64,000 nt of DNA from an uncultured Candidatus Entotheonella sp. (GCA_965217185.1 OZ244252.1:3264001-3328000), one strand, 5' to 3'; positions 1 to 8,746 are shown, counted from the first letter of the stretch. Translations and numbers: made by a program. The notes: generated by a model not told the origin, from the letters alone.

Positions 1-1030
1 TCGCAAGGCGTTGTAATTGAATCAGGCGACGCATGTTGTAGGCAAGGTTCTTGAGACCTATCCGCGCCCTCGCCCGTACAAGCCCGATGCTGCGAACCAA
101 CGTCCCGCCCATGTCGTTTTGCTGCGCCCCGAAGACATGCTCTACCCGTACCCGAAACCGTGAACGGCTCTGGTTGCCTGCTTTCTCCCAATCACGCAAC
201 GGACGGTTGCGATAGCCCTTGCGATGAATCCGACTCCTCAAACCCCTGGCCTTCAGCGTCGCTTCAATGGCTTTCGACCGCTAGGCGCTGTCCGCCCAGA
301 CACCGCTTGCCGTGTTGTCCGACGTAAGCAACTCCTCAATCACTTGGCTGTCGTGCACCGCCGCATCCGTCACCCGGTAACGCCGTATCAGCTTGTGCCG
401 ACGGTCGATGGTGACGTGATTCTTGTAGCCATAGTGGCTCTTGCCGTGCTTCTTCGTCCAGCGCGCATCCCTGTCCTTTTGTCGACGCTTGGCTGGCTTG
501 TCAGCCCAGGCCTCAGGTGTCTCACCCCGTTTGATCTGCTCATTGTCGTCACGACGATTGCGTTGCATGGGAACCGCGACAATCGAAGCATCGATGATCT
601 GGCCACCCATTGCCTGGTAGCCCTGGCTTTTCAGGTAGCCGTCGAAATCCTCGAACAAGGCATCGATGAGGCCGGCCTGTGACAACTGTTCGCGGTAGAG
701 CCACACCGTCTTGGCATCGGGCACCTTGTCTTCGAGTGTCAAGGCCAAGAAGCGCACAAAGGACAGGCGGTCGCGCATCTGATACTCGACCTGGTCGTCC
801 GACAGATTGTAGAGGGCGCACAAAATGATGGCCTTGAACATGACGATGGCATCCCACGGCTTGCACCCCGCATTGGACTTGCGCTTGTCGGCTGGCTTGC
901 GCCAGACTCTCTCCAGGCGGCTGCGGAACGCTTCCCACGGAACGGCAGCGTTGACCTTCACCAGGGGATCGTTTTTGGCGTCCAGAGCGGCGTAGCGATT
1001 CTCGATATCGAAAAAGCCCATCTGAGCCAT
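1..1030 (-). pseudogene. IS5-family transposase with an in-frame nonsense codon
   Basis: Motifs DQVEYQMRDRLSF, VPDAKTVWLYRE, IIDASIV, DRDARWTKK and YGYKNH. TAG at 281-283 replaces the Y of ADSAY; the same frame continues (RSKAIEA...RVRVEHVFG...IGLKNLAYN) to the window edge. Confidence 0.88.
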
Positions 1031-1111
1031 GTTGCACTCCTCCGGCCTTGTTGGTTGACGTGTTTCAGTGATTCTAAACCACGTGGGAGATGGGTATTAT
1101 TAGAGATGCCC
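1..1111 (-). mobile_element. IS5-family insertion sequence (left end at 1111; runs off the window start)
   Basis: Terminal sequence GGGCATCTCTAATAA (minus strand, from 1111) upstream of an IS5-type transposase, flanked by TTA. Confidence 0.8.
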
Positions 1112-1124
1112 TTATTTAATAAAT

Positions 1125-1460
1125 GAGCCACTTGCAAAACCCTAACGGAACGTCGAGAGCGAAGTATTCGGATTTGATATTTGGGGATGTTTCGGCATCG
1201 GATACGTCGTCAGGGCATCTGCAGCACTTCTCAGCGGCCACAATCCAGCGACAATGAGGTTTCCTTGACGGTGTATGAGCAAACCTGTCCGGTGTGGCCC
1301 TGCCGAGACAGGACGCCTGCAAGAGGTGAGGGGTGGAAGCAAGTTGGTTTCAGTTCAACAGGCGCATCAACTGCGACACCGCCAGCGCCACAATGCCGAA
1401 CATCAGGTGGCACAGTACCTTGGCGTGACCTCGCACGCGGACTTGGCGAGCGCCGAACTC
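1125..1460 (-). mobile_element. Right-end remnant of an IS1182/IS5-like element (member C), truncated by the Tn3-family end
   Basis: IR GAGCCACTTGCAAAAC at 1125. 1350-1460 encodes EFGARQVRVRGHAKVLCHLMFGIVALAVSQLMRLLN*, homologous to the C-terminus of the 34465-35598 transposase. Homology stops at the GGGG at 1461. Confidence 0.85.
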
Positions 1461-1886
1461 GGGGTCGGTTGCGGAAAAGGGCGAAATGACAGTGCGCCAG
1501 GCTAACTGGTGCCAGTGCAGCCGGTGGGAGTCCGGCAGGAGGAAGAAGGCCAGCCACCACCTCCACCCCGAGTCATGGGCCGTCATCCGTGAGGCTGACG
1601 GTTAAGCGTTGACAGGGGCGCGGGCGGGCGGGGCGATTGAGCACCGAAAAGGCAGAAAGTTCGGGATGCCGAGGCTCTTGTTTTGGCTGAAGGCAGTATC
1701 CGACTCACCGATATGGCGAGGGGGGTCGGAATCCCGCGGTGTCGAAGAACCCAGGCACGTACGTACGCACTGCATCGGGACCTGGGAGGTCTCCATGCCG
1801 TCCCGTAGTCGTAGCGGGACCGCAGAGGGAAGGAGGAATCCGAAGCCGATAATGAACGGCATGGAGAAGTCAGACTCGGTAGTAAT

Positions 1887-3911
1887 GTGTGCTGGGCAGC
1901 GCCCGGATCAGGTGGGTTCAAGTCCCACTGACGCCCGGGTAAGGGGCGTCATATCCAAAAGTGGGGGTAATGCCTCACTGGCCGGGGTGAGTTGATAAGC
2001 GAGACCCTAAACGGGCACAAAGCCGGAAACGGCGGAAACAGCCAAGGGTGGAGCTAAGTCGGCTCGCTGTCGAGAGACAAACCGGAGGGCAGGGTGTCCA
2101 CCGCGAGGTGGAATCCGAAGGGCTTGCGGAGAAGTACCGGGCCGTAATCAAGGGGGCTGCCCCACGATGAATCGGTCGGCCAAAGACGGGGCAAGGTCGA
2201 GCCGGCATTATGACGGCGAAGGCGTTCTTACCCACCCGTCGCACCAGGGTGTTTGCGAACGGCACGGTACGGAAGATCTGGACGTGACCCCAGGAGGGCT
2301 CGACGTGTTTCCGGGTGGCGCCGGGATAACGGACCCTATAAGCCGAGAGGCGAAGTGGGAAAGGATGCACGGCGAGCAATCGGACAACCGAATAGTACCT
2401 GAAGCCCGGCGAAAGCCGGGTGACCGCGCAAGCGGCGGCCGGGTGGGCCGGGGAAGGCGGTTGGCAGAGGTGGCCGGTACGAGACAGGCAATAAGCGAGT
2501 AAGGGCTATGACGCGGATAAGTTCCCTGAGCGAAAGACCCGGACGTCACGGACCGAGGAGACTTGTTGACTGGCTCAACCCGACGGGTGACAGGAAGGTC
2601 CACTCACTGGTGGACAAGGTGTACAAGCGGAAGAATCTGGAGGTGGCCTGGGAGAAGGTGAAGCGCAACCGGGGTGCCGGTGGCGTGGATGGGGAAGACT
2701 TGATGGCGTTCGAGGCATCGCTTGATGCGAACCTTGACCGTCTGCACCGGGAGTTGCGGGACGGGGATTATGTGCCGCAGCCGGTTCTCCAACGCCTGAT
2801 TCCCAAGGCGGGCCAGCCGGGGAAGTTTCGTCCTCTGGGTATCCCGACGATCTATGACCGGGTATGCCAGCAGGCGTTGCTGAACCGACTGGAGCCGATC
2901 TTCGAGCCGGTATTCGATGATGCCAACTACGGCTACCGGCGGGGGAGGTCCGCCCACGGAGCACTGCGCAAGATATGGCGGGAACTGGACGAGGGGTTTG
3001 AATGGGTAGTTGATGCGGACCTGTCAGACTTTTTCGGGTCCGTGGACCACGAAAAGCTCCTTGTGCTCGTTAACCAGCGAGTTTCGGACGGTCGCGTCCT
3101 GGGCCTGCTTCGGCAGATACTCAGGGCCGGAGTGGTAGTTGACGGCAGAAAGCTTCCGACCGAACAGGGCACGCCTCAGGGCGGGGTTGTTTCCTCTCTG
3201 CTCAGTAATATCTTGCTGACCCCGTTTGATTGGGAGATGCGTCGTCGTGGCTATCGGCTGACCCGGTATGCCGACGACTGGCTGCTGACGTGCCGCAACC
3301 GCGGGGAAGCCCGTGCGGCACTGGACGTGGCCAAGCGGATACTGGCCAAGCTGGGTGTGACCCTGCACACCGAGAAAACCCGGATTGTGCATGTCAGAAA
3401 CGGGTTTGAGTTTCTCGGCTACAAGATCAAGCAAGGCCAGCGGCCTCTCAGGTTGCGAGCCTCGCAGATCAGGAGCGGGATTCACGGGGGAACGCGCTAT
3501 GCGGTTCCGCGTGAGAGATCCATTCGGCACTTCAAGGACCAGATCCGTAAGCGCACCCGTCGAAAGGCTCCAGTCAGTACGCAGGAGTTGATCGGCCAGA
3601 TCAACCCGGTCATTCGAGGTTGGGGCCAGTACTACTGCAAGGCCCATGTCCGCCGGCTCTTCCTTCAGCTTGACGGCTGGATCGTGCGGCGCATTTGGTC
3701 GCATCGCCGCAAGCGATGGCGCAACGGCGGGTGGAGAGACCTGCCGGAGCGCAGGCTTATCGTCGAATACGGGCTTGTACGCTTGATCTCGCTGGTTCCT
3801 TCCTTGAACCCTCGTGCGACACCTTTGTGAAAGCGGCTTACGGGAAAACCGTACGGGCCGTTTGAGCGGCGGACGGAGGCCAGCCCCATGGGGCGCCTCC
3901 TCCGACCCGAC
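1887..3911 (+). mobile_element. Inner group II intron (2025 nt) nested in domain III of the outer intron
   Basis: 5' GTGTG at 1887; domain V AAGCGGCTTACGGGAAAACCGTACGGGCCGTTT at 3831-3863; 3' end TCCGACCCGAC at 3911. Excision restores GACTCGGTAGTAAT|AGCTGTGAAGTCGGCGAAC. Confidence 0.92.
2508..3830 (+). CDS. ltrA: Group II intron reverse transcriptase/maturase (inner intron; no endonuclease domain)
   Basis: GAGGVDG, RPLGIPTIYDRVCQQA, GYRRGRS, GTPQGGVVS, RYADD, FLGY, domain X NPVIRGWGQYY. Confidence 0.95.
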   Translation: MTRISSLSERPGRHGPRRLVDWLNPTGDRKVHSLVDKVYKRKNLEVAWEKVKRNRGAGGVDGEDLMAFEASLDANLDRLHRELRDGDYVPQPVLQRLIPKAGQPGKFRPLGIPTIYDRVCQQALLNRLEPIFEPVFDDANYGYRRGRSAHGALRKIWRELDEGFEWVVDADLSDFFGSVDHEKLLVLVNQRVSDGRVLGLLRQILRAGVVVDGRKLPTEQGTPQGGVVSSLLSNILLTPFDWEMRRRGYRLTRYADDWLLTCRNRGEARAALDVAKRILAKLGVTLHTEKTRIVHVRNGFEFLGYKIKQGQRPLRLRASQIRSGIHGGTRYAVPRERSIRHFKDQIRKRTRRKAPVSTQELIGQINPVIRGWGQYYCKAHVRRLFLQLDGWIVRRIWSHRRKRWRNGGWRDLPERRLIVEYGLVRLISLVPSLNPRATPL

Positions 3912-3957
3912 AGCTGTGAAGTCGGCGAACAAAGGGACGGCAGTCCCGGCGGAGTCG

Positions 3958-5376
3958 ATGGAGCGAAGGACCGAGCCCGAGGGGAATCGGGAAAGCCAAA
4001 ACACGCGCCGGGCACAGGACCGGGAAAGCGTGACACAGGCGGCCGACCGGATACGGCGATTTGTACACCGGGAGCCACGGGGACGTCTGACGACGCTTCT
4101 CCACCACGTCACGGTCGATGCACTGCGCTGGTCGTTCTACGAGTTGAAGAAGGACGCGGCAGCAGGTGCGGATGGCATGACGTGGCGGATGTACGAGGCA
4201 GGGTTGGAAGGCCGACTGGCCAACCTGCACGACCGCGTGCACTCGGGAGCGTACCGGGCGACGCCATCGAGGCGGGTGAACATTGCCAAGCTTGGTGGCG
4301 GCACACGACCGCTCGGCGTCGCTGCCCTGGAGGACAAGATCGTCCAGAAGGCAGTGATGGAGACGATCCTGACGCCGATATACGAGGCGGAGTTCCTGGG
4401 CTTCAGCTACGGGTTCCGTCCCGGGCGCGGGGCGCACGATGCGCTTGATTCGCTCGCGGTCGGGCTCATGCAGCGCAAGATCAACTGGGTGGTGGACTGT
4501 GACATCCGCGCATTCTTCGACACCGTTTCGAGAGACTGGATGGTGCGGTTCCTTGAGCAACGGATCGCGGACAAGCGGGTCATCAGGCTGATCATCAAGT
4601 GGTTGAACGCTGGCGTCATGGAAGATGGAGAGTGGCGGGACGACCTGCGGGGGACGCCTCAAGGCTCGGTGATTTCCCCGATCTTGGCGAACGTTTACTT
4701 GCACTACGTCCTCGATCTGTGGTTCCAGAAGAAGTGGCGCAACCACGAAGTCACTGGCGACACAATCATCGTGCGGTACGCCGATGATTTCGTGGTGGGT
4801 TTTCAGTACAGGCGGGATGCGGAGCGCTTCCTTGAGGCCGTAAAAGGACGGTTCGAGAGCTTTGAACTGGAAATGCACCCTGAAAAGATTCGGCTCATCG
4901 AGTTCGGACGGTATGCCAGAGAACGCCGCCGGAGGACAGGGCAGAGCAAACCGGAGACGTTCGACTTTCTGGGCTTCACGCATTGTTGCGCGAAGACTCG
5001 GAATGGGCGCTTCCGGCTGGGGCGCAACCCGGTTGCGAGGCGGATGACACGTACCTTGAAGCGAATCAAGGAGGCTCTTCGCAGGCGGATGCATCACGAT
5101 GTGGAGGATGTGGCGCAATGGCTCGGGAAGGTGGTCAACGGATGGCTGAACTACTTTGCCGTTCCGAACAGCTTCCGATACCTGCGCCGCTTTGTCCTAC
5201 GCCTCAAGCAGATATGGCACCACATCTTGCGCCGCAGGTCACAGAAGGATCGCTTCTCATGGGTCCGACTCTCACGACTTACCGAGAAGTACTGGCCGAA
5301 GCTGGAAATCCGACACCCGTGGCCGGGTCAACGAATTGCCGTCCATTCCACCCGAGGGAGGAGCCCCGTGCCTTAA
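3958..5376 (+). CDS. ltrA: Group II intron reverse transcriptase/maturase (outer intron; no endonuclease domain; start uncertain: 3958 ATG, 4030 GTG, or 1852 ATG after inner-intron splicing)
   Basis: LLHHVT, RPLGVAALEDKIVQ, SYGFRPGRG, GTPQGSVISPILANVYLHYVLD, RYADD, FDFLGF, GWLNYF. Confidence 0.93.
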   Translation: MERRTEPEGNRESQNTRRAQDRESVTQAADRIRRFVHREPRGRLTTLLHHVTVDALRWSFYELKKDAAAGADGMTWRMYEAGLEGRLANLHDRVHSGAYRATPSRRVNIAKLGGGTRPLGVAALEDKIVQKAVMETILTPIYEAEFLGFSYGFRPGRGAHDALDSLAVGLMQRKINWVVDCDIRAFFDTVSRDWMVRFLEQRIADKRVIRLIIKWLNAGVMEDGEWRDDLRGTPQGSVISPILANVYLHYVLDLWFQKKWRNHEVTGDTIIVRYADDFVVGFQYRRDAERFLEAVKGRFESFELEMHPEKIRLIEFGRYARERRRRTGQSKPETFDFLGFTHCCAKTRNGRFRLGRNPVARRMTRTLKRIKEALRRRMHHDVEDVAQWLGKVVNGWLNYFAVPNSFRYLRRFVLRLKQIWHHILRRRSQKDRFSWVRLSRLTEKYWPKLEIRHPWPGQRIAVHSTRGRSPVP

Positions 5377-5485
5377 CGGGCCTGCGGGGATCTGTGCGGG
5401 GGGTTCCCAGTAATGGGAATCCCTACCGCGATCGCTAAGCCTCGACGGCCCTCTTTTCGCTCCCTCATAACCTAGCCTTCGGGTC

Positions 5486-5509
5486 CACGACAAACAACTC
5501 TTTGTCGTG
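5486..5509. repeat. Perfect 9-bp inverted repeat (CACGACAAA-N6-TTTGTCGTG); possible terminator of the TA pair or part of a res-like site
   Basis: Seen directly, between the Tn3 IR and the antitoxin stop codon. Confidence 0.5.
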
Positions 5510-5627
5510 ACTCACTGCTTTACACGCCCACGATGCTGATGTTGGCGCAAAATCTCCCCGACAACCCCGAAAATATCTCTTTACGATAAGACACGCTCAA
5601 GACAACGTTTTCGAGACCACGAGGACA

Positions 5628-5993
5628 TCACCCCATGAGCAAAGAGACGTCGAGGCTCACCTGATCGTACGGAACCCGTGGCACCAAGGTGCCGCGTCGG
5701 CCTTCCTTCAATTCGACGAAACCATATTGTGACATGGTCTTCAGGGTGCGCGACAGGTTCGACTTCTTTCGCCCGGAAAGCTCCGCCAGCTCGGCGAGCG
5801 AGGTCGGTTGCTCGCGTGCGATCAGCGTCAGAAGTTCGCGATTGCGCTGCGACAGCACCTTGGCAAAACTCTCTACAGAGGGGAACCACACCTTCGGCTC
5901 GCCCTTGCCGGGCTTGTGCTCGCCACGGGCGATCGCCATGGTGCGCGCCTTCATCCGGTCGTAGCCGGCAATGCCGATCTTCAGCGTCTTCAT
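5628..5993 (-). CDS. HTH DNA-binding protein, HVO_A0114-like putative antitoxin
   Basis: WFPSVESFAKVLS...P.SLAELAELSGRKKSNLSRTLKTM...G.VEL winged-HTH pattern; overlaps the upstream gene by 4 nt. Confidence 0.78.
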   Translation of the reverse strand: MKTLKIGIAGYDRMKARTMAIARGEHKPGKGEPKVWFPSVESFAKVLSQRNRELLTLIAREQPTSLAELAELSGRKKSNLSRTLKTMSQYGFVELKEGRRGTLVPRVPYDQVSLDVSLLMG

Positions 5994-6367
5994 GGCATCG
6001 ATCCCCTTTCCTTCAGAACTGCGTCCACTTCCTTCCAGAAATCCTCGACAAGCGTGGCCGCGTCCTTGTATTCATAGGGCCGGATCGTCCGCAGCCGGTG
6101 CCGATGGTCACCCTCCCCACGTCGCCGCGTACCCGGGCCGTGCCGTTCCCTCACCGGGTGCGCATTGTCGAAACCGACCAGCCTGGTGCCGTCCGGTGCG
6201 TGCAGGGTCAGCGAATAGCTAAGCCCGTGCGGCCGTTCTGGAGTCACCTCCGTTCGCAACGCGATAAACTTTACCCAGTGTCCGATCTCGTCCACGAATA
6301 GCATCTGGCCGTGAAGGTCGAGCAGTGTATCGAGTCCGGGGTCGCGGTCACGCGTCGCCATTGACAT
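5990..6367 (-). CDS. DUF6516 / TumE-like putative toxin
   Basis: RPHGLSYSLTLH...RLVGFDNAH...DHRH...Y.Y..AA.L.EDFW.EV motif set typical of DUF6516. Confidence 0.75.
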   Translation of the reverse strand: MSMATRDRDPGLDTLLDLHGQMLFVDEIGHWVKFIALRTEVTPERPHGLSYSLTLHAPDGTRLVGFDNAHPVRERHGPGTRRRGEGDHRHRLRTIRPYEYKDAATLVEDFWKEVDAVLKERGSMP

Positions 6368-6369
6368 AA

Positions 6370-6388
6370 GTTATCAGTTATTGATAAC
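6370..6388. promoter_or_regulatory. Palindromic putative operator of the TA pair (GTTATCA-N5-TGATAAC)
   Basis: Perfect 7-bp inverted repeat 2 nt upstream of the toxin ATG. Confidence 0.6.
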
Positions 6389-6392
6389 ACAA

Positions 6393-7088
6393 GAGCCACT
6401 TGCAAAACCCCGCTAGTTTGGCCTCGGAGCGGTTGTCATGAGACCGTACGGTGAATCATTTGCCGTCGGTGGTTCCAATTGCCACGAATTCAGCCATGGC
6501 GGTGCCGAGTTCCGGCTCCCGTCTTGCGATGCGGACACAACTCTCCCCCCTGCGTACAGGACAGCAGCGTGTGCCGGGATGGAGGAAACGGGACCGCGAG
6601 ACCAGCTTCAGGTCACCAAGCGCATCAACTGATCAACCGTGAGCGCCACAATCCCGAACATCAGATGACACAGCACCTTGGCATGGCCGCGCACGCGCAC
6701 GCTGCGACCTCCGAATTCATCCTTGAGGCGACCCATTGACGCGCTCGACGGTCGAGCGTTCGTGGTAACGTCTCTCCTCAGACAGGACCAACCCACAGGC
6801 ACGCCGTGCCTGCCTCTCCTGCCGCAGCGCCTGCTTGCGCGCGCCGCTTGCGGGGGTTGACGTCGATGATCGCAACATGACCCAGGGCTCGGCTGTGGGT
6901 GCGGATTTCCGGGGCATCGTAGGCGCTGTCCATCAGGTCATACAGGTTGCGGACTCGCTCCGCCGTCAGGGTCGCCAGCGGGATGGCGACTTGGCTGTCG
7001 TGCAGCGACGCCGAGGTAAGCAGGCAACTGACCGGGATGGCGCCGTCGGCCGCGTCAATATGCAACTTGTAGCCGCTCCATGACGTCT
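6393..7088 (-). mobile_element. Truncated copy of IS member A (right ~700 bp), transposase fragment with two +1 indels
   Basis: Near-identical to 34250-34945; IR at 6393; extra C near 6733 and extra T near 6849; cut at 7088 by member B. Confidence 0.9.
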
Positions 7089-8571
7089 GAGCCTTTTGCA
7101 AAACTGTGGAGTCATGGGGAATTATTGAGGGTAATGGGTTGGCTTAACGGGACAGGCCGTCTCTACCCGATATCATGTGTTGTGTGCTGTGTGTAACCAC
7201 CACATGAGGGAGAAAACGACCATGTCCCTGCGTACCATCCTATCGAATTATGGCTTCGCCTTTCAACGAGAGCTGTTCCCTGCACTCGAAGAAGAACTCG
7301 GCCCTTTGGGAGAGCGCTACGAGTTGTTCGTCACGGTGCTCGGCTTCGTGCAGGTGGAACAATTCCTGACGTGCTTGCGTGGCCTGCCGGGGCGCCCGCA
7401 GGAGGACCGTGCGGCGCTGGCACGCGCCTTCATCGCCAAGGCGGTGTTCGCCATCACGACCACCCGGGCGCTCGTTGAACGTCTGGCCATCGACTCCCCG
7501 CTGCGTCGCCTGTGTGGCTGGAGCCGGGCCGAGGAGGTCCCCAGCGAGGCGACGTTCTCGCGTGCCTTCACTGCCTTCGCTGACAGCGCCTTGCCGAGCC
7601 GCCTGCACGAGGCGCTGATCGACAAGACCCTGCGGGATCACTTGGTCGGTCACGTGTCGCGCGATTCGACGGCGATTGAAGGACGCGAGAAACCAACGCC
7701 GAAGCCATCGGCCACCCCGAAACGGCGGCGCGGTCGTCCGCGCAAGGGCGAGCAACGGCCCAAGGCGTCGCGCCGCCTGGAGCGCCAACTGCGGATGACC
7801 CTGCCGGAGATGCTCGACGATCTGCCACGCGCCCCTGATGTCGGCGTCAAGCGAGGCGCCAAGGGCTATCAGGCATCCTGGAGCGGCTACAAGTTGCATA
7901 TCGACGCGGCCGATGGCGGCATTCCGCTCAGTTGCATCCTGACTTCGGCCTCGCTGCACGACAGCCAGGCAGCGATTCCCTTGGCGACGATGACGGTCGC
8001 CCGGGTCACCAACCTCTATGACTTGATGGACTCGGCCTATGATGCGCCCGAGATCAGAGCGCACAGCGCCTCAATGGGGCATGTTGCGATCATCGACGTT
8101 AACCCCCGTAGTACTGCGCAAGCGGCAACTGACTGCGGAGGCAAAGGCCCAGCGCAGCCTTGGCCACGTCTCCTGCGAACGCTTACGCTACCGTGAGCGC
8201 TCAACCGTGGAGCGCGTCAATGGTCGTCTCAAGGACGACTTTGGTGGCCGTCAGGTACGTGTGCGTGGCCACGCCAAGGTTTTGTGCCACCTGATGTTCG
8301 GCATTCTTGCGCTGACGGTGGCGCAGTTGGTCCGGCTACTGGCCTGAAACCGACTTGGTTCCATCCATCTGTTACAGAGGCTGCACGCTCCCGCCGGGGA
8401 TGCAAGGCAGAGGTCTGGCCATTCACAGGCCAAGGGGCTTCATCGTCGCAGGATGGTCACCGAGGTGAAGCGCCACAGGCGGCCCAACAGCGTATCAGAG
8501 CCAAAAACTGCCAACTATCAAAGGCCATGAGCTTCGCTCTCGACGTCGAATTGGAGTTTTGCAAGTGGCTC
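7089..8571 (+). mobile_element. IS1182/IS5-like element, member B (1483 bp)
   Basis: IRs GAGCCTTTTGCAAAAC (7089) and GTTTTGCAAGTGGCTC (ending 8571). Flanks do not match (GTCT vs CTCC), consistent with an adjacent deletion. Confidence 0.88.
7222..8347 (+). pseudogene. DDE transposase of member B, frameshifted near 8118
   Basis: SRDSTAIE, GYKLHID and MDSAYD motifs. C-terminus RERSTVERVNGRLKD...HLMFG lies in another frame; GCGCGCAAG of member A appears as GCGCAAG (2-nt loss). Confidence 0.82.
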
Positions 8572-8718
8572 CTCCAATATGGGAAAAGTTTCCTTCTATC
8601 TCCCAAAGCAGGAAACTTCTTCGAATCGACGGGGTTAAATTGTCACTACCAGACAAGTGGGTTTGCGGGCTCTTCAATCAGAACAATGCGAGGAGAAGCA
8701 TCTACAAGAGCAAGTTAC

Positions 8719-8743
8719 GGGGGGGGGGGGGGGGGGGGGGGGG
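8719..8743. repeat. 25-nt poly-G tract
   Basis: Seen directly, abutting the 3' end of the 5S rRNA. Confidence 0.9.
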
Positions 8744-8746
8744 AAT

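Larger units (their letters stand above)
1492..5432 (+). mobile_element. Outer group II intron (bacterial class E-like; 1916 nt after removing the inner intron)
   Basis: 5' GTGCG at 1492; domain V-like GAGCCCCGTGCC...GCGGGGATC at 5361-5392; domain VI ending CCCTACCGCGAT at 5432; RT ORF inside. Class assignment is from recalled N-terminal motifs and is tentative. Confidence 0.9.
1461..5439 (+). repeat. Tn3-family 38-bp terminal inverted repeat split by the group II intron (1461-1491 + 5433-5439)
   Basis: Joining the intron flanks gives GGGGTCGGTTGCGGAAAAGGGCGAAATGACA|CGCTAAG, exactly 38 bp with the GGGG...ACGCTAAG Tn3-family signature. Confidence 0.85.

Noticed and set aside
3814..3957. N-terminus of the 520-aa RT ORF as given in the ORF track
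   Set aside because: 3814-3911 is domain V/VI of the inner intron; the in-frame reading is coincidental, not an RT-RT fusion.
2508..5376. Two tandem RTs as a retron, DGR or RT-based anti-phage system
   Set aside because: Both have group II domain X and their own ribozyme boundaries; no msr/msd, TR/VR or effector gene is seen.
1461..5470. Intron flanks as an integron attC site
   Set aside because: Only a weak inverted repeat and no RYYYAAC/GTTRRRY boxes; the exact 38-bp Tn3 IR explains the flanks better.
5433..5520. tnpA 3' end reading into the Tn3 IR
   Set aside because: The frame ending at the IR's TAG has another stop 8 codons upstream and no TnpA similarity.
6720..8125. Programmed frameshifting in the IS transposases
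   Set aside because: The intact copy at 34465-35598 is a single frame. The indels lie in short homopolymer or dinucleotide runs, so they reflect decay or sequencing error.
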